A DNA stretch of 64,000 nt from Cycas panzhihuaensis (lineage: Eukaryota; Plantae; Cycadophyta): the NCBI GenBank assembly GCA_023213395.1, contig CM041465.1:121031741-121095740 (forward strand), written 5' to 3'. The notes beneath the pieces are model-generated. The model was not told the DNA's origin, searched no databases, and was given only the letters and a program-made list of their open reading frames with translations. The stretch's first letter is position 1; every line of letters begins with the position of its first letter. Position numbers and translations under genes: made by a program. Positions 49,516 through 60,890 of the stretch are shown here, in pieces.

Positions 49516-51437
49516 ATGACTTCCGATTCAACATCTGAGAATCCTTCTCAAAACCCTTCTCAAAACCCTTCTCAGAACCCTGCTGAAAACCTTGTCGAGA
49601 ATCCAGTTCGCAGAATCCCCCGGTCCATGTCTGTTGATTCACACCAGGTTTTCAGCAGAAAACGTGTAGCAGTCGTTCCGCCGCCAGAGCAAGCAAGTTC
49701 CGCAATCATTCTAGTCTCAGACGTTCCTTCTGTAGAACTTGAATAAGTTCGCAAATGTGTCCAACAGGAAATTCACGCAACTTATGCGCAGGTTATCGAA
49801 GCCGAAGTTCATTGCCGCGCGGAAGTTATTCTTAGGGAGAACCGCAGATTCAGAGATGATGCCACTTCATTCAACGAGATTCGTTCCCAGTTCAACGAAG
49901 ATCGGAGAAAGTTCAATGAAGAAAGATCGCAGCTCAGAGAGGATGTTAACAGAGCTAACGCAGAGCGCACCATGTTGCGATCACCATCGCGACCGCTTCA
50001 AACCGAAGGATTGCTATCGTGGTCGCTGAAATCGGCACAAGCGGGAGGCGTGAGCTAGCGTTCGCGTTCTGAAATGACTTTGAGCGACGGATCCACGGTA
50101 ACAAGCCATTGAAGGCGATGCGACGGCGACTTGCAGCGCAGCGTGTTGATTTTGAAGGCGGCTCAAGTCGGGCGAGCCGCCAATTTGGAAAGCGTCTCAA
50201 TGATCGCGGGCCATTCCTCCGTCTTTCGATCCTCTGCTCGCAAGTTTCTTTCCATTCTGCTAACAATTCCTCCCGTCTGCGAATCTTGATCAACCATCTA
50301 CCTCTTCTTCTTCTTCTCTACTTCCACCGCATATTAATAACCTTGTTTCAGCGTTTGCGGTCAAAAATCAAACTTGGCGGCGCCAGCGGTTCGCCGTTTG
50401 GGCTCGAGGATGTAGGAACTCAGGCGTGGTCGTTCCTTCCGATCTCAGATCTCGCCTCTAAAGCGATGGTTGACGAAGTCTGGCTCAGATGCATGCCTCA
50501 TTCGGCGGATCTGAACAGCGAATGGCAAGTTCTGGACCAAGATATCCTTTCTACCGTATGACAAAGCCCGGGACGAAATCACTCAAAGTTCCACCGACCT
50601 CAGGGATGTTTTGCAAACTCTTTGTAACTCTCTTTCCCACGTTAACTTTATTGGCACAACTATTCCTATAGCTACTGCTAGTGCTTGGTTCGATAAAGCC
50701 GTGGAAGATTCGGTCAAATGAACCAATGGTGATGGAAAAGCCATCGACGATGCGAGACAATCTGTTGACTCAGCGCGACAGGAAACTCGTGACGCAACAA
50801 TGAATGATGTAGATACTATGCAAGCGGAACCCTCGATTGCCGAACTGGTAAACAATACTGTTAACCAGAAGTATGCCGCTCTGCAAGCCCAGATCAGAGA
50901 CCTCAAAAATCTCTTGTCCGGTTCTGTTTGCATTGTCATCGATCTGCCGCCATCTTCGATGTCGATCAAAGAAGAAGAAGAAGAAGAAAAAGAACAATAA
51001 AAGAAAGGAGAACTCTAACAGGCAACATAACAGCAATGCAAATCAACAGAGTCCAAAAATCGGGCCGGCAGGGAGTGGGCGGGCGGCCCACTCCCGTGCT
51101 GCGACCATCGTCCTCAGATCAGAGGTCGAACTCGCGAGCTTGTTCGAAGACGCCTGCTCGATCTGCCTCACAGCCGCCCTCAGGAGAAAGAAGGCAGCTG
51201 CGACAAAATCAACCTCGTCGCAACTTTCAAAGGCGTCGAGGTCCATGGCAGAGTTGGCAGAATTTCAAGCCAATGAATGTTCCTTGGGGGATGCCGACCC
51301 AATTCTGGCAGCAGTGTCCTCAAATGCCGCAGGCGCAGTGGTTCCAATAACCACAATGGAATCAGCAGGGTGGCGGTCCTCGAGCTCGTCCGCATTCTCG
51401 GGGCAGAAGCGCCACCCCAACGCGTGTGCAAGATTAA
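49516..51437 (+). pseudogene. ORF1 of arm B (many indels)
   Basis: MTSDSTSENPSQNP start; collinear with arm A ORF1. Confidence 0.7.
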
Positions 51438-52519
51438 CAAGGTGGAGACCGGTCCTTGACAGAGCTTACTTTGCCTTGGTATTTTTCTCCAGGATGTCAC
51501 CTTCCCAGATAGAGCGCTGGATCACAAATTTGGCAATCCACAACCTCTCTGACAGAAGGCTCTCTTATTATGAGAGTAAGCTCTTAGGATTCGGTCTTAA
51601 GTTCATTACGCGCCCGCCTCCTATGAACACACAGGATGTAATTAAGGAGTATGAAAGCTTCGCTCGTCTTCTCCGACTCTGTCATTTCTTCGGCAAGGAA
51701 GATGATAAGAAGCGAGTCGATCCTTTTAGGATTCCCAATCCCAATTGGAACCCTCCCAGGCGTTATCTGCCTCTTGAGTGGATCATCCGGATTAGTAAAG
51801 CTACCTGCAAAAGGAAGCTAGTCCTTTCCTGCCTAAACTTCAGAAGGCGTTGTCTTCACTTCAAGCCTGCAGTCAAAAACCTTGGCACAGTGGTTCTCAA
51901 CAAGTCGTGGTACGTTGGCGAGGCTATGCGACAACTCACAGATCCTCAGTTATATTAGCAAGTAGATCGCGTTCCTTAGGAGCAGATGTGGAACAGTTTG
52001 CACTGGATTCTCTACAGGTTTTCCTCCATTTTGGGTTCCAGAATGAAGTTCCTGTTAAAGAACCCCCCTGACTCTGCCCTCCCTTGCGCCTTCTACTTGC
52101 TTCCAAAAATCCATAAACCTGTTCTTGCTGGGCGTCCCATTTGTGGTTATTGTAATTACCCCCTTGAGCCTACGTCCAAATTTCTTCATTACATGATCTT
52201 GCAAGTTCTGCTAAAGCGGAAAAACCACTTGCCCGTTTCCATTTCACTCCTGAAATCCCTGGCTAACTTCAAACTCCCATTGAATGTCTTGTTATTTACC
52301 TTTGATGTTGAGTCATTATACCCTAGCATTCCTACTTCTGAAGGTCTTGCTGCCCTTAGAGATATGTTGGGTGATTATTTTGTTGGGGATCTTCGGATGA
52401 TTAACTGCCTTGTCGACCTTGCTGAACTTGTTCTCAAGGAACACTACCTTGAGTTCAATGGTTTATTCTTCAAACAAGTTCGAGGCACTGCTATGGGTAG
52501 TAATTTTGCTATTGTCTAT
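51245..52519 (+). pseudogene. Penelope-like RT ORF of arm B (partial)
   Basis: RT N-terminus through motif B', with stops and a deletion. Confidence 0.85.
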
Positions 52520-53741
52520 CATTAATGCGTGAAAATCATGCTCATTGTCTTGCTTCTCCAAATGTCATAATCTTGGCTTACAATATCGTGCTTGATTTTA
52601 TGCACTATTGTCATTTTCCAAGACACTGTTGCTTAATAGAATTGTTTGGTTTTTTCATTAATACCACAACACTGCTATTATCATTACCATAACATAATAT
52701 GCTTTAGCAATAAGCTTACCCAACTCACAAATGAAAGAGTTTGAGGTAGACAAAGGTATGATAAGTATCATGCAGGTTGTTAAGAGTTATATACTCTACA
52801 ATTCAAAAGTCACTCGTCTCTTTCAATTTCTGCACATGGAGACTAGACATGTTTCAAGAGTAAGCAAGTATCAAGACTCTAATAAATGATTAAGAGTCAT
52901 TTTGCATCATATGCAAACAAATAAATATGAGTAATCTACTCATCAACCACTAGCAAATTGATGAATGCTAGTGTTCCAGGTTGTAATTCTGCCAAGTCAT
53001 GTCGAGTCATGTTGTATGACACCATGTTGTGATATATTGTGGTGCACCATGTTGCCTTTGATTGGATATGATTAGGCTTCCTGTCTTCTCCTTCAACAAC
53101 TCGCATAGGTCTTCTGTAGAGAATCCGGTGCAAACTGTTCCACATCTGCTCCCAAGGAATGCAATCTACTTGCTGATATACCTGAGGATCTGTGAGTTGT
53201 CGCATAGCCTCGCCAATGTACCACGACTTGTTGAGAACCACTGTGCCAAGGTTTTTGTCTGCAAGCTTGATGATAATATTCCTGTCTCATCGAAGTGAAG
53301 GCAGGGCCTTCTAAAGTTTAGGCAGGAAAGGACTAGCTTCCTTTCGCAGGGTATCACGAGGTCGTTGGAGTAGAGTAGCTTTACTGATCCAGATGAACCG
53401 CTCGAGAGGGGGATAATGCCTGGGAGGGTTCCAGTTGGGATTGGGAATGCTGAAAGGATCGACTCGCTTCTTATCATCTTTCTTGCCGAAGAAATGCCGG
53501 AGTCGGAGAAGACGAGCGAAGCTTTCATACTCCTTAATTACATCCTGTGTGTTCACAGGAGGCAGGCGCGAAATGAACTTACGACCGAATCCTAAGGGCT
53601 TACTCTCATAATAAGAGAGCCTTCTGTCAGAGAGGTTGTTGATTGCCAAATTTGTGATTCGGCGCTCTATCTGGGAAGGCAACATCCTGGAGAAAAATAC
53701 CAAGGCAAAGTAAGCTCTGTCAAGAACCGGTCCCCACCTTG

Positions 53742-55716
53742 TTAATCTTGCGCGCGCCTTGGGGTGGCGCTTCTGCCCTGAGAATGCGGACGAGCTCGAG
53801 GACCGCCACCCTGCTGATTCCATTATGGTTGTTGGAACCACTGCGCTTGCGGCGTCTGAGGAGGCTACTGCCAGAATTGGGTCGGCATCCCCCAAGGAAC
53901 ATTCATCTACTGGAAATTCTGCCAACTCTGCCATGGACTTTGGCGCCTTTAAAAGTTGCGACGAGGTTGGTTTTGTTGCGACTGCCTTCTTTCTGATGAG
54001 GCGGTAGTGAGGCGGTCAGGCGGGCGTGTTGAGCAGGCTCGCGAGTTCGACCTCTGATCTGAGGACGATGGCTGCGCAACAACGGGAGTGGAGCTGCTCC
54101 CTGCCCCACTCCCAAGCGGCTCGTCTTTTGGACTCTGTTGATTTGCATTGCTGTTCTGTTGCCTGTTAGAGTTCTCCTTTCTTTTATTGTTGTTTTTCTT
54201 CTTCTTCTTCTTCGACTGATTATTGGAAGATGGCGAAGCAGGATCGATGATAATTTGTGCAAGCGAGCCAGGACAAGAGATTTTGAGGTCTACGATGCGG
54301 GCTTGCGGCGGCATACTTTACTTGATGTTGTTTACCAGTTCGGCAATCGAGGGTTCCGCTTGCATAGTATCTGCATCATTCATTGTTGCGTCACGAGCGT
54401 CCTGTCGCGCGGAGTCAACGGATTGTCTCAGACTGTCTCCGATAGCTTTTTCCATCAGCCATTGGTTACATTTGAATTCGAAATCTTCCACGGCTTTATC
54501 GAACCAAGCACCTGCAGTAGCTATAGGAATAGTTGTGCCAATAAAGTTAACGTGGGAAAGAGAGTTACAAAGAGTTTCCAAAACTTCCCTGAAGTTGGTG
54601 GAACTTTGCGTGATTTCGTCCCGGGCTTTGTCCTTAGCAGCAGCGAGAGAAAGGATATACTGGTCCAGGAACTTGCCATTCGCTTCGTTCTGGATCTGCT
54701 CAGATGCGGCATGCATCTGAGCTTGCAGGACTTCGTCAACAACCATCGTTTTAGGAGGCGAGATCTTGAGACTGGAAGGAAACGAACCCACGGCCTTGAG
54801 TTCCCGCATCCTGAGCTCCAAACGGGCGGATCTGTCATGCTGCCAAGTTTGCCTTTTAAATTCGGCAAACACATTGGAGACAAGGTTATTAATCTGCAGT
54901 GGAAGTGGAGAAGAAGAATAAGAGGTAGATGGTTGATTAGCATTTGCAGGACGGGAGGAATTGTTAGCAAGAATGGAAAAAGAAACTTGCGGAGCAGGAG
55001 GGACTGAGAAAGACGGAGGAATCGGTCTGCGATCATTAAGATGCTTTTCCAAATCGGCACGTTGTCGCTCTGTCCCGACGCCCTGTCTTTCAAAATCAGC
55101 ACGTTGCGTTGCAAGCTGTTCATCGAAACTGCCTTTCTGAATGGCTAGCTGCTCGTGGAAATTCATTCTATATGTCCTGCAAATGCTAGCTCTGCGCCTC
55201 CTCGGCTTCTTTGCGCTCGATTTCAAGGCGACTGCGATAGCGATCTCTTTCAGTTTAAAGGGCTGCGACGGTGGATTGCAACATGGTGCGCTCTGCATTA
55301 ACTCTGTTAACATCCTCTCTGAGCTACGATCTTTCTTCATTGAAGTTTCTCCGATCTTCGTTGAACTGGGAACGGATCTCGTTGAATGAAGCGGCATTAT
55401 CTCTGAGTCTGCGGTTCTCCCTAAGAATAACTTTTGCGCGGTACTGAACTTCGGCTTCAATAACCTGTGCATAAGTTGCGCGAATTTCCTGTCGGGCACG
55501 TTCGCGAACTTGTTCAAGTTCTACAGAAGGAATGTCTGGGACTGGAATGATTGCGGAGCCTGCTTGCTCTGGCGGCGGAACGACTGCTACACGTTTTCTG
55601 CTGGAAACTTGCTGTGAATCAACAGACATGGACCGGGGGATTCTGCGAACTGGAATCTCGACAAGGTTTTCAGAAGGGTTTTGAGAAGGATTCTCAGATG
55701 TTGAATCGGAAGTCAT
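53742..55716 (-). pseudogene. ORF1 of arm C
   Basis: ORF-track pieces of 130, 399 and 121 aa are collinear with arm A ORF1. Confidence 0.75.
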
Positions 55717-55937
55717 TTTGAGGCAACGACTGAAACAAGATTTTAGGTTCTAAAACTGGATATAACTCGAGCGTGCAGCAGAAAAAGACTTAAGGTTCAA
55801 GAAATAAACTTGACCAAAAACAAGTGTAGCAGATATGGGAGAAACTTAAAAGAAATTAACTAAACGATTATTAATACATGCAAAAAGAGCTAGGACATGA
55901 AAATAAAACAACTTATCTTTATAAACTTGGAAAGGAA

Positions 55938-55976
55938 ATCCGAACGCGTTTCGCTCTTATGAGCTCATCAACGGAC
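55938..55976 (-). ncRNA. Minimal type I hammerhead ribozyme motif, arm C
   Basis: Same sequence as the arm A motif. Confidence 0.8.
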
Positions 55977-56258
55977 ATGGATCTCCAAGTACAAAAGATG
56001 AGAATATATAGACCTCAAGGTAATCGGGTGCCTTGCGCGATAAGATTGCGCGGGAATCAAATCCTAGCAAATGGGCGGGCAAATTAATAACCTTATCTGG
56101 CAACCTGACTGGACTGAACTGGATCTGCAACAACCTGAATGGGTTGCTCTGCATCAGGCCAAAATCTGCTCCTCATCAAGAAAGTATCGAGTTTCCTTGG
56201 ATTTCTCCAACAAATCATAGCCCTCGGAATATGCCTCAAGTCGGGGTCTTCTTGGCAA

Positions 56259-56329
56259 AGCCCAAAAAGTTTAGGGTTTAAGCTCATGCATAAACTGGGA
56301 GTAGTCCTAAACCCTAAACTTTTTGGGCT
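56259..56329. promoter_or_regulatory. Palindrome axis 2 (same structure; loop 56281-56307)
   Basis: Differs from axis 1 only by CpG decay in the loop (CACGCGT to CATGCAT). Confidence 0.6.
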
Positions 56330-56873
56330 TTGCCAAGAAGACCCCGACTTGAGGCATATTTCGAGGGCTATGATTTGTTGGAGAAATCCAAGGAAACTCG
56401 GTACTTTCTTGATGAGGAGCAGATTTTGGCCTGATGGAGAGCAACCCATCGGTCTTCTGATCGATTCGATCGATCGGTACCAGATAATGTCTGCCTGCCC
56501 ATTTGCTAGGATTTGATTGGCCCTCGGTATCGGCATGATTCCTGCGCAATCTTACCGCGCAAGGCATTCGATTACCTTGAGGTCTATATATTCTCATCTT
56601 TTGTACTTGGAGATCCATGTCGACGATGAGCCCGTAAGCGAAGCGGCTCGATTTCCTTTCCAAGTTTATAAAGATAAGTTGTTTTATTTTCATGTCCTAG
56701 CTCTTTTTGCATGTATTAATAATCGTTTAGTTAATTTCTTTTAAGTTTCTCCCATATTTGCTACACTTTTTTTTGGTTAACTTTATTTCTTGAACCTTAA
56801 GTCTTTTTCTACTGCACGCTTGAGTTATATCCAGTTTTAGAACCTAAAATCTTGTTTCAGTCATTGCCTCAAA

Positions 56874-58779
56874 ATGACCTCCGGTTTAACATCTGAGAAT
56901 CCTTCTCAAAACCCTGTTGAAAACCCTGTCGAGATTCGATTCGCGAATCCCGATCCATGTCGTTGATTCACGGCGGGTTTCGGTGAGAAACGTGTAGCGA
57001 TGCTGCCGCGAGCAAGTTCCGCAATCATTCCAGTCCCAGACATTCCTTCTGTAGAACCTGAACAAGTTCGGCGGCGTGCCCGGCATTCGCACAACTTATC
57101 GCGGGTTATCGGCCGAGATTGATCTGCGTCGAAGTTATTCTTAGGGAGAACGCGGTTCGATGATGCTTCATTCAACGAGATTCGTTCGATTCAACGGATC
57201 GAGAAAGTTCAATGAAGAAAGATCGCGACAGAGAGGATGTTAACGAGTTAACGAGCGCACCATGTTGCGATCACCGTCGCGACCTTCAAACTGCGGTATC
57301 GCTATCGCAATCGCCTTGAAATCGAGCACAAAGAAGCCGAGGAGGCGCAGAGCTAGCATTTGCAGGCCATACAGAATGACTTTGAACGCCAGATCCATGA
57401 GCAACTAGCCATTCAGAAAGGCAGTTGTGATGAGCAGCTTGCAACGCAACGTCTTGGTGAGCGACGCGCCGGTCGGGGCGTCAATGTGCCGATTTGGAAA
57501 AGCGTCTCAATGATCGCAGACCGATTCCTTCGTCTTTGTCAGTCCCTCGTGCTCCGCAAGTTTCTTTTTCCATTCCTGCTAACAATTCCTCCCGTCCTGC
57601 AGATGCTGATCAACCATCTACCTCTTCTTCTTCTTCTCCGCTTCCATTGCAGATTAATAACCTTGTCTCCAAAGCGTTTGCCGAATTCAAAAGGCAAACT
57701 TGGCGACATGATGATCCGCCGTTTGGCTCGAGATGCGGAACCGGCGTGGGTTCGTTCCTTCGATCTCAAGATCTCGCCTCCTAAAACGATGGTTGTTGAC
57801 GAAGTCTTGCTGGTAAATGCATGTCGCGTGGCGGATCGGCAGCGAATGGCAAGTTCCTGGACCAGTGTACCCTTTCTCTCGCTGCTGCTAAGGACAAAGC
57901 CAGGGACGAAATCACGCAAAATTCCACCAACTTCAGGGAAGTTTTGGAAACTCTTTGTAACTCTCTTTCCCACGTTAACTTTATTGGCACAACTATTCCT
58001 ATAGCTACTGCAGGTGCTTGGTTCGATAAAGCTATGGAAGATTTTGAATTCAAATGTAACCAATGGCTGATGGGAAACACTATTGGAGCGATGCGAGACA
58101 ATCGACTGGCGGCGACAGAAGCTCGTGACGCAACAATGAATGATGCTGATACTATGCAAGCGGAACCCTCGATTGCGGCCTGTAAACAATCGTTTAACCA
58201 GAAGTATGCCGCTCTGCAAGCCCAGATCAGAGACCTCAAAAATCTCTTGTCCGGTTCTGTTTGCACAGCTGTCACTGATCCTGCTTCGCCATCTTCCAGT
58301 AATCAGTCGAAGAAGAAGAAGAAGAAGAAAAAGAACAATAAAAGAAAGGAGAACTCTAACAGGCAACATAACAGCAATGCAAATCAACAGAGTCCAAAAA
58401 TCGGGCTGCTTGGGAGTGGGGCAGGGAGCGGCTCCACTCCCGCTGCTGCGCAGCCATCGTCCTCAGATCAGAGGTCGAACTCGCGAGCTCGTTCGAAGAC
58501 GCCTGCTCGATCTGCCTCACAGCCGCCCTTAGGAGAAAGAAGGCAGCCGCAACAAATTCAACCTCATCGCAACTTTCAGAGGCGTCGAGGTCCATGGCAG
58601 AGTTGGCAGAATTTCCAGCCGATGAATGTTCCTTGGGGGATGCCGACCCAATTGGCGGCGACTCCTCGGATGTCGCGCGATGGTTCCAATAACCACAATG
58701 GAATCAGCAGGGTGGCGGTCCTCGAGCTCGTCCGCATTCTCAGGGCAGAAGCACCACCCCAAGGCGCGTGCAAGATTAA
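56874..58779 (+). pseudogene. ORF1 of arm D
   Basis: ATG at 56874; the 326-aa ORF-track piece covers the C-terminal half. Confidence 0.7.
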
Positions 58780-60110
58780 CAAGGTGGGGATCGGTCCTTG
58801 ACAGAGCTTACTTCGCCTTGGTATTTTTGTCCAGGATGTCGCCTTCCCAGATAGAGCGCCGGATCACAAATTTGGCAATCCACAACCTCTCTGACAGAAG
58901 GCTCTCTTATTATGAGAGTAAGCTCTTAGGATTCAGTCTTAAGTTCATTCTGCGCCCGCTTGCTATGAACACACAGGATGTAATTAAGGAGTATGAAAGC
59001 TTCGCTCGTCTTCTCCAACTCCGTCATTTCTTCGGCAAGGAAGATGATCAGAAGCGAGTCGATCCCTTCAGGATTGCCAATCCCAATTGGAACCCTCCTA
59101 GGCGTTATCCCCCTCTCGAGCAGATCATCCGGATTGGTAAAGCTACTCTACTTTAGCGGCTTGGTGATACCCTGCGAAAGGAAGCTAGTCCTTTCCCGCC
59201 TAAACTTCAAAAGGCCCTGTCTTCACTTCGACGAAATAGGAATATTATCATCAAGCCTACAGACAAAAACCTTGGCACAGTGGTTCTCAAGAAGTCATGG
59301 TACGTTGGCGAGGCTATGCGACAACTCATAGATCCTCAGTTATATCAGCAAGTAGATCGTGTTCCTTGGGAGCAGATGTGGAATAGTTTGCACCGGATTC
59401 TCTACAGGTTTTCTTCCATTTTGGGTTCCAGAATGAAGTTCCTGTTAAAGAACCCACCTGACTGTGCCCTCCCCTGCGCGTTCTACTTGCTTCCAAAAAT
59501 CCATAAACCTGTTCTTGCTGGGCGTCCCATTTGTGGTTATTGTAATTACCCCCTTGAGCTTGCCTCCAAATTTCTTCATTACATGATCTTGCAAGTTCTG
59601 CTAAAGCAGAAAAACCACTTGCCCGATTCCATTTCACTACTGAAATCCTTGCCTAACTTCAAACTCCCATTGAATGTCTTGTTATTTACCTTTGATGTTG
59701 AGTCATTATACCCTAGCATTCCTACTTCTGAAGGTCTTGCTGCCCTTAGAGATATGTTGGGTGATTATTTTGTTGGGGATCTTCGGATGATTAACTGCCT
59801 TGTCGACCTTGCTGAACTTGTTCTCAAGGAACACTACCTTGAGTTCAATGGTTTATTCTTCAAACAAGTTCGAGGCACTGCTATGGGTAGTAATTTTGTT
59901 GTTGTCTATGCTTGCCTGTTTCTTTGTCATCTTGAAAAAATTGTAGAAAACAAGCTCGGCCTTTCTCAACTTCTCTTCTATAAGAGGTTTATTGATGATG
60001 CTTTTGGAGTTTGGAACGGTTCACATTCAGATCTTCAGGTCTTCTTTGATGCCTACTAGCAGGTTTATCCTAACAACATTAGGATTACTCCAGTTGTCTC
60101 CAATTCACAG
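58594..60110 (+). pseudogene. Penelope-like (TERT-related) RT ORF of arm D (partial)
   Basis: Motifs A (FDVESLYPSI), B' (GTAMGS) and C (RFIDD), with TAG stops at 59154 and 60057. Start codon is either 58594 or 58836. Confidence 0.9.
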
Positions 60111-60890
60111 ACATTTTAAGAAGTCTGTAATTAAGAAATGAAGGAGAAAAAGTACTTTAAATCACCGCAAGTATGAGTGCCACATCACTAAGTGACCGCA
60201 AGGTGAATTACACTTAAAAGAGTACAAATAAAAAGGTTTAAAAAGACCTTTAACATACATTATTTAAAGAGGAATAAGTACATTAAAAGATCCTCTTAAA
60301 GTGCTTCAAAAGAGGACTAAGTACTTTAAAATCTCCCCTTTAAAACTACTCTCAAAGTACATTGAAAAATCATTTTAAAATAGAGTCAAAGTATAACTCT
60401 AAAGAGGATTAAGTACATGAGAAAATACACATGAAATACTCTTTTATTGAAGCCAAGAAATACCCTTTAAAAGAAGATAAAATGAAGCTTGAAAGCTTAT
60501 AGTGTTCATAAGGTTTTATACCCTTTTACACCACCAAAAAATGTACCTTGAGAAAGAGGATTAAGAGATAAAAATCCCCTTGAGAGAAGACAAAATAACA
60601 AGGTAAAAGGTTTAATGTCTTCTTGAGGTACTTTTGTATGAAGCCAATAAAGGTGCATTTATGCCACCAAAAGATGTACCTTAATGAAGAGAATAAAATG
60701 TATTAAAAATTCCTCTTAAGGTACTTTACATATCCGCCAAAAGATGCTTTACAAAAGAGGATGATCCACATGAAAAACTCCTCTCAAAACATCATTATGC
60801 CACCAATAACATCTCCTTAAAAAAGAGGTCAAAGTGCAGAGAAGAACTCCTCTTTAAGTACTTTTTATGTCACGATGATGAAATACACTT

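Larger units (their letters stand above)
48976..52519 (+). mobile_element. Penelope-like element, arm B (truncated just after RT motif B')
   Basis: FYLLPKIHK, GRPI, FDVESLYPSIP, QVRGTAMGS. Confidence 0.92.
53114..56280 (-). mobile_element. Penelope-like element, arm C (duplicate of arm A)
   Basis: Same extent and flank junction as arm A; shares diagnostic variants with it. Confidence 0.9.
45142..59906. repeat. ~7.4-kb tandem duplication (45142-52516 and 52517-59906); each unit is ~600 bp of flank plus a head-to-head Penelope-like pair
   Basis: Flank 45142-45739 recurs at 52517-53113. The flank/RT junction and the axis loop are the same in both units. Confidence 0.92.
56308..60110 (+). mobile_element. 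Penelope-like element, arm D (longest; truncated shortly after RT motif C)
   Basis: Motifs of arm B plus YKRFIDD and PNNIRIT, then an abrupt switch to AT-rich DNA. No GIY-YIG domain is seen, but the 3' end is missing. Confidence 0.93.

Noticed and set aside
51442-51492. 51-nt GT-AG intron before the RT ATG
   Set aside because: Short for a plant intron with a weak donor; not called without transcript data.
54138-55007. Long antisense ORFs over ORF1 (also 46881-47635 and 57539-58387)
   Set aside because: Shadow frames of a compositionally biased ORF, with no recognisable motifs.
56093-56693. ORFs crossing the palindrome axes (also 48737-49070)
   Set aside because: Self-mirroring translations of the inverted leader; boundaries are not conserved between the two axes.
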